From: Neocallimastix sp. 'constans'
Taxonomy: Eukaryota
Assembly (NCBI GenBank): GCA_050613775.1
Contig: JBODTK010000118.1
Coordinates: forward strand, 1 to 64,000
Direction of reading: 5' to 3'
DNA: 64,000 nt
Every line of letters begins with the position of its first letter. Position 1 is the first letter of the stretch. Position numbers and translations under genes: made by a program. Of the stretch, positions 11,108-22,180 are shown piece by piece. The notes under the pieces are model-generated. The model searched no databases, had not been told where the DNA came from, and was given only the letters and a program-made list of their open reading frames with translations.

Positions 11108-14100
11108 ATGGGAGCAGAAGCACTCCCAATGACAAAACAATAGCTTCATTAAATAATTTACAAAATAATACTTTTACTAAGAATACTCCAATTGATAATA
11201 ATTCCTTTAACGAAGAATCTGAAGAATCTGATTTTAGTGACACAACTGAAAGTGAGGATGATATCATTATAAATGCTGTAAAAAGAAAAATGAATGATAA
11301 TAACAGCGAAAAAGAAGAAAATAATTCCAAGAAAGTACATAAAAGTTTAAAAGATAATCCACGTCCTTTTGCAACTCCTGCTTTAAGAAAGAAGAAAGAA
11401 AATGAGCTGCATAATAAACCAAATAAAGTTTATAAAAATCAAATACTTCCTTCAATTTTAACTCAACCAAATATTAACAAAGAAAAACAAAAAGAAAAGG
11501 AATTAAGAAATATGACAAGAGTAAGAGAAAGTAAAGAAGAAAACAACAATTATTCATCAAAAGGAAAGGAAAAAGTTGAATCTGAAGATATACTTGTAAT
11601 CGATAATGAAATAGAAGATCTAGAAATGAATAAAGATAATCAACAAAATAAAACTAATACTTTGGAAAAATTAATTTCAACAAAAACTAAGGAAACTAAT
11701 AATGGAAATACTCAATTAGTAAAAAGGAATATCAAAATGATGAATAATAAAGAACCTTACAATATTATGGATGATTTAAATAATCTTAAATCCAGTATTA
11801 CGATAGGTCAACTCTTGAATGCATGTCCTAAAATTCGTTCACAATTAACTCAAGGTTTAAAGTTAGAAAAGTCTAAAATAATTGGAACTGTAGACAATGT
11901 AATAGCACGAACTTTATTAGTAAATAACTATGACCATAGCTACATAAGTAAAAGTAATGAAGTAGCCGAAGAAGACTTAGCAATGGTTGATGCAAGTGTT
12001 GACGGAGTACTAGGAAAACTTTTAATTGATTCTTGTAGTAACCTAAGCATCGTTACTAAGCAGTATTTTGATAAATTACCTGGTGAATATGAAACAGTTG
12101 GAAAAAGTCGTGGAAGAATCCAACTAGCAACACAAGATGAAGAATACTCGGAAGGAATTATTGTTCGATTACCAGTAAAAATTAATAATTATGAATTTAA
12201 TGCGGACTTTAGAATTATTGAGAAAGAAGACTCATTTTATGATATGTTAATAAACTTTAAAACTCAAATCGATCATTGTTTATTTATTCATCCAACCTTA
12301 AACAGTCTATGTAAACTTTTGTCAGAAAGTGAATACGAAGAAATAGCTAAAATAAATAATCAATATTATGATGAAGAAAGTATAATTTGCACTATTAGAA
12401 AAGTTAAAGAAACGAATAATGAAAAGGAAATTATAAAGGAATTAACTCCAATGGAATTTATTGAGAGTGATGAATTTTTAAGTACCTTAAATAAAGATTA
12501 TAAAGAACAAATTATTAAAATTCTCAAAGAAATGATTGACATAGTTGCCACTTCAACAGAAGAACTAACTCCTTCTAAACTTTCACCACATAAGATCCGT
12601 TTGAAAGCAAATGCAAAGCCAGTAAAATTAAGAAGTTATAGGTTAACTAAATTAAAATCAGATATCTTAAAAGAAGAACTTACAAAGCTTATTAAGAAAG
12701 GATTGATAGAACCATCCTGTTCAGAATGGTCATCTCCAGTAGTACTCATTCTAAAACACAATGGAAAGTGGCGCTTGTGCATTGACTACCGAAAAGTCAA
12801 TGATATGACAGAAAAAGATTCTTATTCAGTTCCATATATAGATGAAATTTTTGATAGTCTCGGAGGAGCTAAAATATTTACAACTCTTGATTTATTTTCT
12901 GGTTTTCACCAAATCTTAATGGATGAAGAAAGCGTTGAAGTAACCACTTTCACTACTAAGTTTGGAAATTATCAATTTAAGGTTATGCCTTTTGGACTTA
13001 CTGGAGCTCCCTCAACCTTCCAAAGAGAAATGAATAAAATTTTATTCCCTTTTATTGGTGAATTTGTTTATGTATTTATTGATGATGTTTTGATCTATTC
13101 AAAAAGTATCGAAGAACATTTAATTCATATTAAACAAGTATTAGAAGTATTTAAAGAAAACAAGTTAAAAATTAATATTGAAAAGTGCCATTTTCTTCAA
13201 ACTGAAGTTGATGTATTAGGTCACAAACTTACTACTAAAGGATTAAGTCCCATGGAAAGTAAGATAACAGCTATTAAGAAGTGGGAAGCCCCTTCATCAC
13301 TTCATGAATTAAGATCATTTTTAGGAGCAGTGGGATATTATCGTGATTTTATTCCTAAATATGCTCAAATTACCTCACCTTTATGTAAATTATTGAAAAA
13401 GAATACCAAATATGAATGGAATAAAGAACAACAAGAAAGCTTTGAACTCCTAAAAGAAAAATTAATCAATGCACCTATTCTAAAATTTCCGTCATTTGAC
13501 AAACCTTTTATCATTAGAACTGATGCTTCGTATAATGGAATTGGTGGAGTTCTTTTACAAAAAGAAGAAGAAACCGGTAAGGAGCATCCAATACACTTTA
13601 TAAGTAGAAGTTTAAAGAAAGCTGAAAAGAATTATGGTATTACCGATTTAGAAGGAACCGCTTTGTTTTACTGTATGACTAAATTTAAATCTTATATTGA
13701 AGGAAATCCATTACCTACAACTATTTACACAGATCATAAACCATTAGTTGGTTTATTTAAGAATAAAGAACCTTTGAATGCAAGGCAAACAAGATGGTGT
13801 CTAACCGCTAGTATGCTCGGAATTAATATAAAATATGAATCAGGCAAAAAGAATGTGTTAGCTGATGCTCTTTCAAGAATGAAAAGTAAGGAAGAGAGAA
13901 AGATATTATTAACAAAAATTACTAATGGAAATAATGAAGAATTATTATCTAAAGTTATAAAGGAATTTATTAATGAAAAGTTTACTGTTATTGATGGTGA
14001 AGATTATTTTATCGACAATGGAAATTATAGAAAATTAATAACGGACGAAAATGAAAGGTTTAAATTAATTTTAGAAGCTCATAATATTGGCCACGAAGGA

Positions 14101-15105
14101 TATTACAAAACATATCAAAGACTTAAGAAAAACTTTTATTGGAATCATATGATTAAAGATATCAAAAGAATTGTTAGTAATTGTGAAAAATGCCAGTTAA
14201 ATCGTCCTCAACCATATCCAGAACCAACCGAAAACCATCCAACTAAAGTGGAGGGTCCCTTTGTGCATTTAGGATTAGATATTATAGGACCGTTACCAAA
14301 AACAAGAAATAATAATCAATATATTATAGTAACTGTTGATTACTTTACCAAATGGGTTGAAGCCGAACCCACTGAAAACATAACTTCCTCTGATATAATT
14401 AAATTTTTAATAAACGTTTTTGCAAGACATGGTGTGCCTCAAGTTATTACTACAGATAATGGAGTCCAATTCACTTCTGATATGACTAAAATCTTTCTTG
14501 ATCTTTATGATGTTTATGTAAAATTCATAGCTACCTATCACCCTGAATCCAATGGTCTCACTGAAAACCGAAATAAAGAAATTGGAAAATTACTTCGTTT
14601 ATTAGGAAGGAAAAATCAAGATTGGGATGAAGTTTTACCTTCTGCTTTATGGGCACTTCGAACTACCAAAAACACAGCTACCGGACATTCTAGTTTTGAA
14701 TTAGTATATGGAAGAGAAGACCAACAGCCTTATGATATAGCCATAAGAACAATTGAAAATGCAGGTAAATCGTATGATGAAATTTTAATGGAAAAATTTG
14801 TTCGTCATTATCAATGGACTAGAGAAGCATGCGAAAATGTGAAGAATGCTAACAAGTATTGGGCAACAAGACGAGAAGAACAAATAAGTATGAAAAAAGG
14901 AAAAGAATTAAAAGCTGGTGATCTTGTTCTTGTTAGAAACTTTAGCCGCACTAAGCTAGAACCATATTACAATGGACCATTTAAAATTTTAAAAATTCAA
15001 TTCAACACGGCAACCTTAATCGATCAGAAAACTGGGAAACAACTCGATAGGAATGTTCATTTTAAAAATTTAGTAAAGTTTAACTCCGCTTACAGAGAAG
15101 CTTGA
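11095..15105 (+). CDS. pol: E1 Pol (PR-RT-RNaseH-IN) in the -1 frame, expressed as Gag-Pol
   Basis: -1 frame open from TTTAAAC into ORF 11290-15105; LIDSCS, FIDD, TDAS, HHCC, D,D(35)E and GPF motifs in Gypsy order. Confidence 0.95.
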   Translation, partial: FKLLNGSRSTPNDKTIASLNNLQNNTFTKNTPIDNNSFNEESEESDFSDTTESEDDIIINAVKRKMNDNNSEKEENNSKKVHKSLKDNPRPFATPALRKKKENELHNKPNKVYKNQILPSILTQPNINKEKQKEKELRNMTRVRESKEENNNYSSKGKEKVESEDILVIDNEIEDLEMNKDNQQNKTNTLEKLISTKTKETNNGNTQLVKRNIKMMNNKEPYNIMDDLNNLKSSITIGQLLNACPKIRSQLTQGLKLEKSKIIGTVDNVIARTLLVNNYDHSYISKSNEVAEEDLAMVDASVDGVLGKLLIDSCSNLSIVTKQYFDKLPGEYETVGKSRGRIQLATQDEEYSEGIIVRLPVKINNYEFNADFRIIEKEDSFYDMLINFKTQIDHCLFIHPTLNSLCKLLSESEYEEIAKINNQYYDEESIICTIRKVKETNNEKEIIKELTPMEFIESDEFLSTLNKDYKEQIIKILKEMIDIVATSTEELTPSKLSPHKIRLKANAKPVKLRSYRLTKLKSDILKEELTKLIKKGLIEPSCSEWSSPVVLILKHNGKWRLCIDYRKVNDMTEKDSYSVPYIDEIFDSLGGAKIFTTLDLFSGFHQILMDEESVEVTTFTTKFGNYQFKVMPFGLTGAPSTFQREMNKILFPFIGEFVYVFIDDVLIYSKSIEEHLIHIKQVLEVFKENKLKINIEKCHFLQTEVDVLGHKLTTKGLSPMESKITAIKKWEAPSSLHELRSFLGAVGYYRDFIPKYAQITSPLCKLLKKNTKYEWNKEQQESFELLKEKLINAPILKFPSFDKPFIIRTDASYNGIGGVLLQKEEETGKEHPIHFISRSLKKAEKNYGITDLEGTALFYCMTKFKSYIEGNPLPTTIYTDHKPLVGLFKNKEPLNARQTRWCLTASMLGINIKYESGKKNVLADALSRMKSKEERKILLTKITNGNNEELLSKVIKEFINEKFTVIDGEDYFIDNGNYRKLITDENERFKLILEAHNIGHEGYYKTYQRLKKNFYWNHMIKDIKRIVSNCEKCQLNRPQPYPEPTENHPTKVEGPFVHLGLDIIGPLPKTRNNNQYIIVTVDYFTKWVEAEPTENITSSDIIKFLINVFARHGVPQVITTDNGVQFTSDMTKIFLDLYDVYVKFIATYHPESNGLTENRNKEIGKLLRLLGRKNQDWDEVLPSALWALRTTKNTATGHSSFELVYGREDQQPYDIAIRTIENAGKSYDEILMEKFVRHYQWTREACENVKNANKYWATRREEQISMKKGKELKAGDLVLVRNFSRTKLEPYYNGPFKILKIQFNTATLIDQKTGKQLDRNVHFKNLVKFNSAYREA

Positions 15106-15123
15106 GTCTTCGTCGGGGCATCT

Positions 15124-15973
15124 TGATAAGAATGTACTAAATAATGCATTCTTAATTAAATCTACGATTTATTTCTAATACATTATGTGTACATTATTAT
15201 TTTTGTACTTTAATAAATTTTTAAATTCAAAGATTAAAAATTAGATCAAAAATTATATTAAACTTTATAATTTTTATATTAAATCTTATATTAATAGTAA
15301 TATTTTTATATATTTAAAACTTATATTAACAATATTAATAATAAATCTTATTTTTTTATTTTTATATTAATAATGAAAATTTGTATTAATAATATTTTTA
15401 TATATTGATAATTAAAAATTTATATATTATATTTTAACTTTTATTATAAAATTTTATATCGAAATGTTTTATTTTATATTGAAAAATATTTTATTTTATT
15501 AAAAACCTTTATATTAAAATAGTATTTTTATTTTTATTTGAATATTTTAACAGAGTGTAATAAAAATTTTAGCCAATTAAATAAATTCTTATTAGTAATA
15601 TTTTAGATAGATTATAAAAAAAAAAAAAAAGGTTTTATTAATATTATAAATGTATTTTATTTATATTGTTATAATTAAATTTTATATAATTGATTATAAA
15701 AATCAATTTAAATTTAATAGTTTTTATATATAAAAAGAAAAATAATAATAAAATGTAATTTAGTGGCAAGAACAACTTTTATGCCTTGAAAAAAAAGTAT
15801 AAATAGTTGTAAATTTTGCTACTAATTTTTAAATATCATTAAATAAAATAAAATCAAATCAAATAAAATAAAATAAAATAAAATCAAATAAATTTATAAA
15901 TAAAAATAATAAATAAATAAATAAAATTTGTGTTTCTTACTTTATTTTTATTTAATTCTCTAAAACCTTAACA
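15124..15973 (+). repeat. E1 3' LTR
   Basis: Copy of 7955-8804, preceded by PPT-like GGGGCATCT. Confidence 0.95.
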
Positions 15974-16772
15974 TTTCTAATACAGAATGAACAAATAATA
16001 CTAATTGTGCTAGAATAATATAAATTATTCTAACCTTATAGATTATTCTATTCTATATAATTGGAACTTTCCAATATTCTTCAAATATTACTAAATAGAA
16101 ATCTTAAGTTAATAAATCACTAATTAACTTATAATTCCTTTTTGAATTATCGATCCGATTCCATTATAATGTATTAAAAATCTTTAGCCAAGAATATTGT
16201 CCTTGCCCACTTAATATATTAATATTATATTTCTTTTGTATTATGTTATATTGAAAATAATCAAATCTATTTAATTAGTTATTAAAATTTTCGTTATCAA
16301 TTTAAATTTATTTTTAATTACTAAATTTAACTAAACCACAATAAAATATTCTGTATAATCTCTTTATTTTTATTTTATATATATTAGTATTAAACTATTA
16401 TTAAATAATTAATAATTCAATAATATATAACTACTATTTATAACAATAATATTATTAACTAAAATAATAATTCAATTTCAATTTAAATGTTTTATTTATA
16501 AAAATAATTAGTAATTAGTTTATTAAAAAAATAGTTAGGCTTTACAAATTTTAATTTGATAAAAAAAATATAAATACATGTAATTTTAGTGAAATAAAAT
16601 ATAATCAATAACTTTCTTTTTATTAAATAAATAATTATATTATTATTTTTCTTTTATAAATTTAAATAAATAAATATTGATTTTAAAACAAATTATTTTT
16701 TTATTGTAATTTTATTATTTGTGTTAATTATTATTATATTCCTAAAATTATATGAACCATACCATGAAAAAT

Positions 16773-16792
16773 TGGTGGAGATATCGGGGAAT
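16773..16792 (+). promoter_or_regulatory. E2 primer-binding site (tRNA-Ala type)
   Basis: TGGTGGAGATATCGGGGAAT, 8 nt after the LTR-terminal CA. Confidence 0.8.
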
Positions 16793-16952
16793 ATAATAAT
16801 AAATTAATACATTGGGGATAAAATTATAATATTAATAAATAATTTGTCTAATAAAACAAATATTTTTTTTAAAAAAGAAAACAATTTTTATATTTTTAAC
16901 TAATTATTATTAATTGTTAAAAATATTAATTAATATTAAATTAAACTAATAT

Positions 16953-17118
16953 TCGTGCATAGATTTCCGGGTTAAGTTTATCCTACATAGTAATTGGGCT
17001 AGTAGGCTCTGGACTGCTATTTTTTATATTGAAAATAGTAACCGTGGCACACGCGTGGCATGACACCTTTCAAGAGGTAAGCTGCACGTCAGACAGTGTG
17101 TACTATCAGATTGCACGA
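16953..17118 (+). ncRNA. Conserved structured cis-RNA in the E2 leader
   Basis: Homolog of 9502-9661 with covarying stems. Confidence 0.75.
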
Positions 17119-17273
17119 TTATTATAATTTAATAAGTGATTAATAATAATAAATAATTAATAATTTTATTAGTTAAAAGATTTATTTTTTTTAATTTTTT
17201 TTATTTTTACTTTTTTATAACAATTTATACATTACGAGGTTTAGCATTCTATAGATACAATAAATTTTATTTT

Positions 17274-18191
17274 ATGAGAACATCCAGTACTTCCAGTACT
17301 CCAACAGAGAGTACTCCAGAAAGTAAGCTTAGCTTCAGAGAATTAAAGAAAGAATTAAAAGATTTTGAAAAGCTTACTAAACAAAACCTTGACATCAACT
17401 CCTGGGCAAATGAGTTAAAGGCATGGATAAAATACCAACATATCAAGGATCCTGAAACTATTTTTACTGCTTGTATATTAACGGCTTCTGGAGAACCAAG
17501 AGAAATTATCCAAGAACTAGAAGATGGAAATGATCTTACTGAAGATGAAGATTCTGATTTCGATAGCGATAGTGAAGGAGAAGATGATGAAGAAAATGAA
17601 TCTACTAACACCTACCCAAGCCTTGATGAAATAATAAATCATCTGAAGACTTTTTATGGACTTAAAGAAGATCAAACCAACTTGTTGCGAGAATTGCGTT
17701 CCATGAAAATAAAGAAGAACGAGAAAGTTAAAGATTTTAATGTCCGTTATAGATCTTTGTACCATAAATTGGATAAAAAGAGAAGAAGAAAAATTAGTGT
17801 TTTAGATTATGCAGATTCCTTAACCAATAATCCTGACGCATGGAGAAAGGTTATGCTTAAAGACAATATTTCTATTATCAAAGCATTCGCTATAGCTGAA
17901 AAAGTTGATCGTTTATCTATTAAAAATAGTACTGAATATTATGATAAAACTCGTTACAATCTCCTTAACTCTAAAAGTAATTTTAATAAGAACATTTCAA
18001 ATGATTTTAACAAACCAAAAACCCACAAAAATGTATCTATAGAAAATCTCACTAACAAGATGAAAGAAATGAAAATTAGTACTTGCTGGTTTTGTAGCAA
18101 TGAAGGACATACCAAACGAAACTGTCCTAAATTAAATTCTATATTGGAAAATAACCGCAAGAAGTTTTATGAAAATCATTTAAACCACTAA
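17274..18191 (+). CDS. gag: E2 Gag
   Basis: CWFCSNEGHTKRNC knuckle; similar to E1 Gag. Confidence 0.93.
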   Translation: MRTSSTSSTPTESTPESKLSFRELKKELKDFEKLTKQNLDINSWANELKAWIKYQHIKDPETIFTACILTASGEPREIIQELEDGNDLTEDEDSDFDSDSEGEDDEENESTNTYPSLDEIINHLKTFYGLKEDQTNLLRELRSMKIKKNEKVKDFNVRYRSLYHKLDKKRRRKISVLDYADSLTNNPDAWRKVMLKDNISIIKAFAIAEKVDRLSIKNSTEYYDKTRYNLLNSKSNFNKNISNDFNKPKTHKNVSIENLTNKMKEMKISTCWFCSNEGHTKRNCPKLNSILENNRKKFYENHLNH

Positions 18192-21100
18192 AAGGGAGTA
18201 GAAGCACTCCCATCGTCAAAAAAATTGCTTCAGTCTGCCATCGTCCCAAAACAGTTGACTTAAAAGAAGATGATGATTATGAAGAAATTGCTGATTTCCA
18301 AGAAGGTACTACTACGGATTATTACGAAGATTTTGATGATGAGTCGGATGGTTCCAAAGAATTGGATTACTTAGTAAACGTTATAAAGAGAAAGGCAAAT
18401 CCTAAAGATGAAGAGACTAGTGACCAAAGAGGAAAGAGGGTTCAACGTAGTCTAAGAGATGATCCTAAGCCAATAGTTACTCCAGGTTTACGAAAACAAA
18501 AAGAAAATCAATTAAGGGGAACATCGCGACCAGTCAAAAAGCCAACAACTCAATTACATCCTTCGATTATGGCTCAACCCAGAATAGAGAAAGAAAAGAG
18601 GATTGAGAAAGAGCTAAGAGATAAGGAAAGAGCTAGTACTAGTACTTCTGTGGAAAATAATAAAAATAGTATTGTTAATATTATTAATGAAGAAACTTCT
18701 CAGGAAGGAAATAATTCTAAACAAACTTTAAATAAATTAATTCAAGAAAAATCATCAGAAAAGTCAACTGAAATTATGCCAACTAGAATTCCAAAAAGAA
18801 TACAAATGCAAACTGATTGTGATAGTTATGACGTGATCAAAGATTTAAACTCCAGTAATTGCAATATTACATTTGGACAATTATTGGACGTTGCTCCAAA
18901 GATACGGTCTCAAGTATCACAAGGACTTAAATTAGAAAAGAATAATACTAAAATTTCAGGTGCAATGGATAATATGTGTGCTACTACAATAATAACGAAC
19001 AATATAGATCATACATATAAAAGTAAACATCATGAACCACAAGAAGATGATATTGCTATGGTTGATGTAATAGTAGATGGAGTTCGTGGTAAGGCTTTAA
19101 TAGATTCATGTAGCAACTTAAGTATTATCACAAAGCAATTTTTAGATAAATTACCTTATCAGTATGAACCTATAGGAGTTAGTGCAGGACGAATACGTTT
19201 AGCAACGATGAATGATGATTACTCAGAAGATGTGTTAATCAAAGTTCCCGTAAAAATTAATGAACTAGAACTACTTGTTACGTGTAGAATTATAGACAAG
19301 GAGGATCCATTCTATGATATATTAATCAACCTCAAAACTCAAATTGATAACCAGTTATTTATACATCCAATTAGATATAGTCTTTGTCGATTTAATGATC
19401 AAGGTTTAATTGAAGAAATTGCACCTATTAATAATGAATATGATGACGAAGAAAAATTATTATGTGTAATCAAAGCATTGAATCACCAAGAAGCTAAGCA
19501 ACAATTGAAAACGATTGAAGGATTACCACCCATAAAATATATATATGACACAGTTTTTCAAAGTACAATTAATTCAAATTATAGAGAAGCTATTACTAAA
19601 TTACTTGAAGAATATATTGATATAATTGCAACTTCTTCTGAAGAATTAACACCTTCAGATTTATCACCACACAAAATTATTCTTAAGGAAGGAGTTAAAC
19701 CTATTAAACAAAAATTTTATCGACTTAGTAAATTAAAAACAGATATCTTAAAAGAAGAATTAACCAAACTCATATATAAACGATTAATTGAACCTTCATG
19801 TTCAGAATGGTCATCACCAGTAGTACTTGTGCCTAAAAAGAACGGTAAATGGCGCCTGTGTATTGACTATAGGAAAGTAAATGAAGCAACTAAGAAGGAT
19901 TCTTATTCTTTACCAAATATTGAGGAAATTTTTGATAGCTTAGATGGAGCAAAAATCTTCTCAACATTAGATCTTTATTCCGGTTATCATCAAATATTAA
20001 TGGATGATGATAGTGTTGAAATCACTACCTTTACAACTAAGTTCGGAAACTACCAATTCAAGGTAATGCCCTTCGGTTTAACAGGTGCTCCAGCTACATT
20101 CCAAAGAGAAATGAACCGTATACTATTTCCCTTAATAGGAAAATGCGTCTATAACTTTATCGATGATATTTTAATCTACTCAAGAACTGAAGAAGAACAC
20201 CTAGAACATCTTAAACAAGTCTTAGAAATATTCAAGGAACATAAGTTAAAAATCAATATCGAAAAGTGTTCTTTCATGCAAACTGAAGTAGAAGTACTTG
20301 GACATAAAGTATCCTCAGAAGGTTTAAGTCCATTGGAAAACAAAGTTGAAGCTATTAAAGAATGGAAGGCTCCCTCTAACATTCATGAACTTCGATCATT
20401 TTTAGGAGCCATTGGATATTATAGAAATTTTATTAAGGACTTTGCAAAAGTTACTGCTCCTCTCTGCACTCTATTAAGAAAAGGCATTAAGTTTGAATGG
20501 AAAAAGGAACAAGAAGAAAGTTTTAAAATTCTTAAGGAAAGATTAATCAATGCCCCAATATTAAGATTTCCTAGATTTGATAGAGAATTTATTATAAGAA
20601 CAGATGCTTCCTATGATGGTATAGGCGGTGTGCTTTTACAAAAGGATGATGAAACTGGAAAGGAGCATCCGGTTCATTATATTAGTAGAAGTTTATCTAA
20701 ATCGGAAAAGAATTATGGAATTACGGATCTAGAAGGTGCTGCTCTAATTTACTGTATTAATAAATTAAAATCTTATATTATGGGAAATCCTAAGCAAACT
20801 ATAGTATATACAGATCATAGACCATTAATCGGATTACTTAAAAGTAAGGAACCACAAAATTCTCGTCATACTAGATGGTGTTTGACTGTCAGTATGTTAG
20901 GAATTGATTTACGATATGAAACTGGAAAGAATAATGTTGTCGCAGATGCTTTATCAAGAATGAAAAATGAAAAAGAAAAAGTTGTCTTAACAACACAAAT
21001 TATCAAGGAACAAGATGAAAACCTGCTTTCAAGAACCATTAAGGAATTTATTGAAGAAAAATTTACGACAATTGATGGTGTGGACTACTTTGTTGATGGC

Positions 21101-22180
21101 AATAATTATAGAAAATTAGTTACAGATACAAAAGAAAAACTTCAATTAATTTTTCAAGCACACAGTATAGGACACGAAGGCTATTACAAGACATACCAAC
21201 GTTTGAAAAAGAGCTACTATTGGAACAATATGGTTAATGACATTAAGCGAATTATAGGTAAATGTGAAAAATGTCAATTAAATAAATCTCAACCATACCC
21301 TGAACCAACGGAAGATAAACCAACTGAAGTGGAAGGACCATTTACACACTTAGGATTGGACATTATAGGACCTCTAAGTAAAACCAGAAATAATAATCAA
21401 TATATAATCGTTGTGGTTGATTATTTTACTAAATGGGTTGAGGCAGAGCCCACTGAAAATGTTACTTCTCAGGATGTGATAAAATTTTTAATTAATGTAT
21501 TTGCTCGACACGGTGTACCTCAAATTATCACTACTGATAATGGAACACAATTTACATCAGATATGACAAAAATCTTCCTTGATTTATATGATGTATATGT
21601 TAAATTTATCACTCCATATCATCCTGAAAGCAATGGTTTAGTTGAGAATCGTAATAAAGAAATTGGAAAATTATTACGATTACTAGGAAAACAACACAAA
21701 GAGTGGGATGAAATTTTACCATCTGCACTTTGGGCTTTAAGAACTACTAAAAACTCAATCACCAACCATTCAAGTTTTGAATTAGTTTATGGAAGGGAGG
21801 ACCAACAACCTTTTGACATTGCTGCCAGACCAACTAAGGGTATAAATAAGTCTTCTGACGAAATTCTACTGGAAAAATTTGTATCACACTACCAATGGGT
21901 AATGGAGGCCGCATCTAATATCAAAAATGCTTCGAAGTATTGGGCTACTAGGAGAGAAGAAAAGACCAGTATGAATCAAGCTAAAAGAATAAAACCAGGT
22001 GATTTAGTACTAGTAAGAAACTTTAATCGAACTAAATTAGAACCTTACTTTGTTGGACCTATGAAAGTGGTAAAGAAACAATTCAATACAGTCACTTTAG
22101 CTGATCCTGCTACTAATATACAAATGAATCGTAATGTTCATTTGAAAAATATTGTCAAGTTTAACTCAGCTTCTACCTAG
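18179..22180 (+). CDS. pol: E2 Pol (-1 frameshift)
   Basis: -1 frame open from TTTAAAC (18179-18185) into ORF 18362-22180; PR/RT/RH/IN motifs. Confidence 0.95.
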   Translation, partial: FKPLKGSRSTPIVKKIASVCHRPKTVDLKEDDDYEEIADFQEGTTTDYYEDFDDESDGSKELDYLVNVIKRKANPKDEETSDQRGKRVQRSLRDDPKPIVTPGLRKQKENQLRGTSRPVKKPTTQLHPSIMAQPRIEKEKRIEKELRDKERASTSTSVENNKNSIVNIINEETSQEGNNSKQTLNKLIQEKSSEKSTEIMPTRIPKRIQMQTDCDSYDVIKDLNSSNCNITFGQLLDVAPKIRSQVSQGLKLEKNNTKISGAMDNMCATTIITNNIDHTYKSKHHEPQEDDIAMVDVIVDGVRGKALIDSCSNLSIITKQFLDKLPYQYEPIGVSAGRIRLATMNDDYSEDVLIKVPVKINELELLVTCRIIDKEDPFYDILINLKTQIDNQLFIHPIRYSLCRFNDQGLIEEIAPINNEYDDEEKLLCVIKALNHQEAKQQLKTIEGLPPIKYIYDTVFQSTINSNYREAITKLLEEYIDIIATSSEELTPSDLSPHKIILKEGVKPIKQKFYRLSKLKTDILKEELTKLIYKRLIEPSCSEWSSPVVLVPKKNGKWRLCIDYRKVNEATKKDSYSLPNIEEIFDSLDGAKIFSTLDLYSGYHQILMDDDSVEITTFTTKFGNYQFKVMPFGLTGAPATFQREMNRILFPLIGKCVYNFIDDILIYSRTEEEHLEHLKQVLEIFKEHKLKINIEKCSFMQTEVEVLGHKVSSEGLSPLENKVEAIKEWKAPSNIHELRSFLGAIGYYRNFIKDFAKVTAPLCTLLRKGIKFEWKKEQEESFKILKERLINAPILRFPRFDREFIIRTDASYDGIGGVLLQKDDETGKEHPVHYISRSLSKSEKNYGITDLEGAALIYCINKLKSYIMGNPKQTIVYTDHRPLIGLLKSKEPQNSRHTRWCLTVSMLGIDLRYETGKNNVVADALSRMKNEKEKVVLTTQIIKEQDENLLSRTIKEFIEEKFTTIDGVDYFVDGNNYRKLVTDTKEKLQLIFQAHSIGHEGYYKTYQRLKKSYYWNNMVNDIKRIIGKCEKCQLNKSQPYPEPTEDKPTEVEGPFTHLGLDIIGPLSKTRNNNQYIIVVVDYFTKWVEAEPTENVTSQDVIKFLINVFARHGVPQIITTDNGTQFTSDMTKIFLDLYDVYVKFITPYHPESNGLVENRNKEIGKLLRLLGKQHKEWDEILPSALWALRTTKNSITNHSSFELVYGREDQQPFDIAARPTKGINKSSDEILLEKFVSHYQWVMEAASNIKNASKYWATRREEKTSMNQAKRIKPGDLVLVRNFNRTKLEPYFVGPMKVVKKQFNTVTLADPATNIQMNRNVHLKNIVKFNSAST

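Larger units (their letters stand above)
7955..15973 (+). mobile_element. E1: full-length, apparently intact Ty3/Gypsy LTR retrotransposon (no chromodomain)
   Basis: 850-bp LTRs 7955-8804 and 15124-15973 (TG..CA, about 2 substitutions seen); TTTC on both flanks; PBS, gag, pol and PPT present. Confidence 0.97.

Noticed and set aside
17267..18160. Antisense ORFs over gag/pol (also 11055, 20176, 28665, 34011, 36288, 39197)
   Set aside because: Shadows of the sense coding frames; recurrence reflects the E2/E5 duplication
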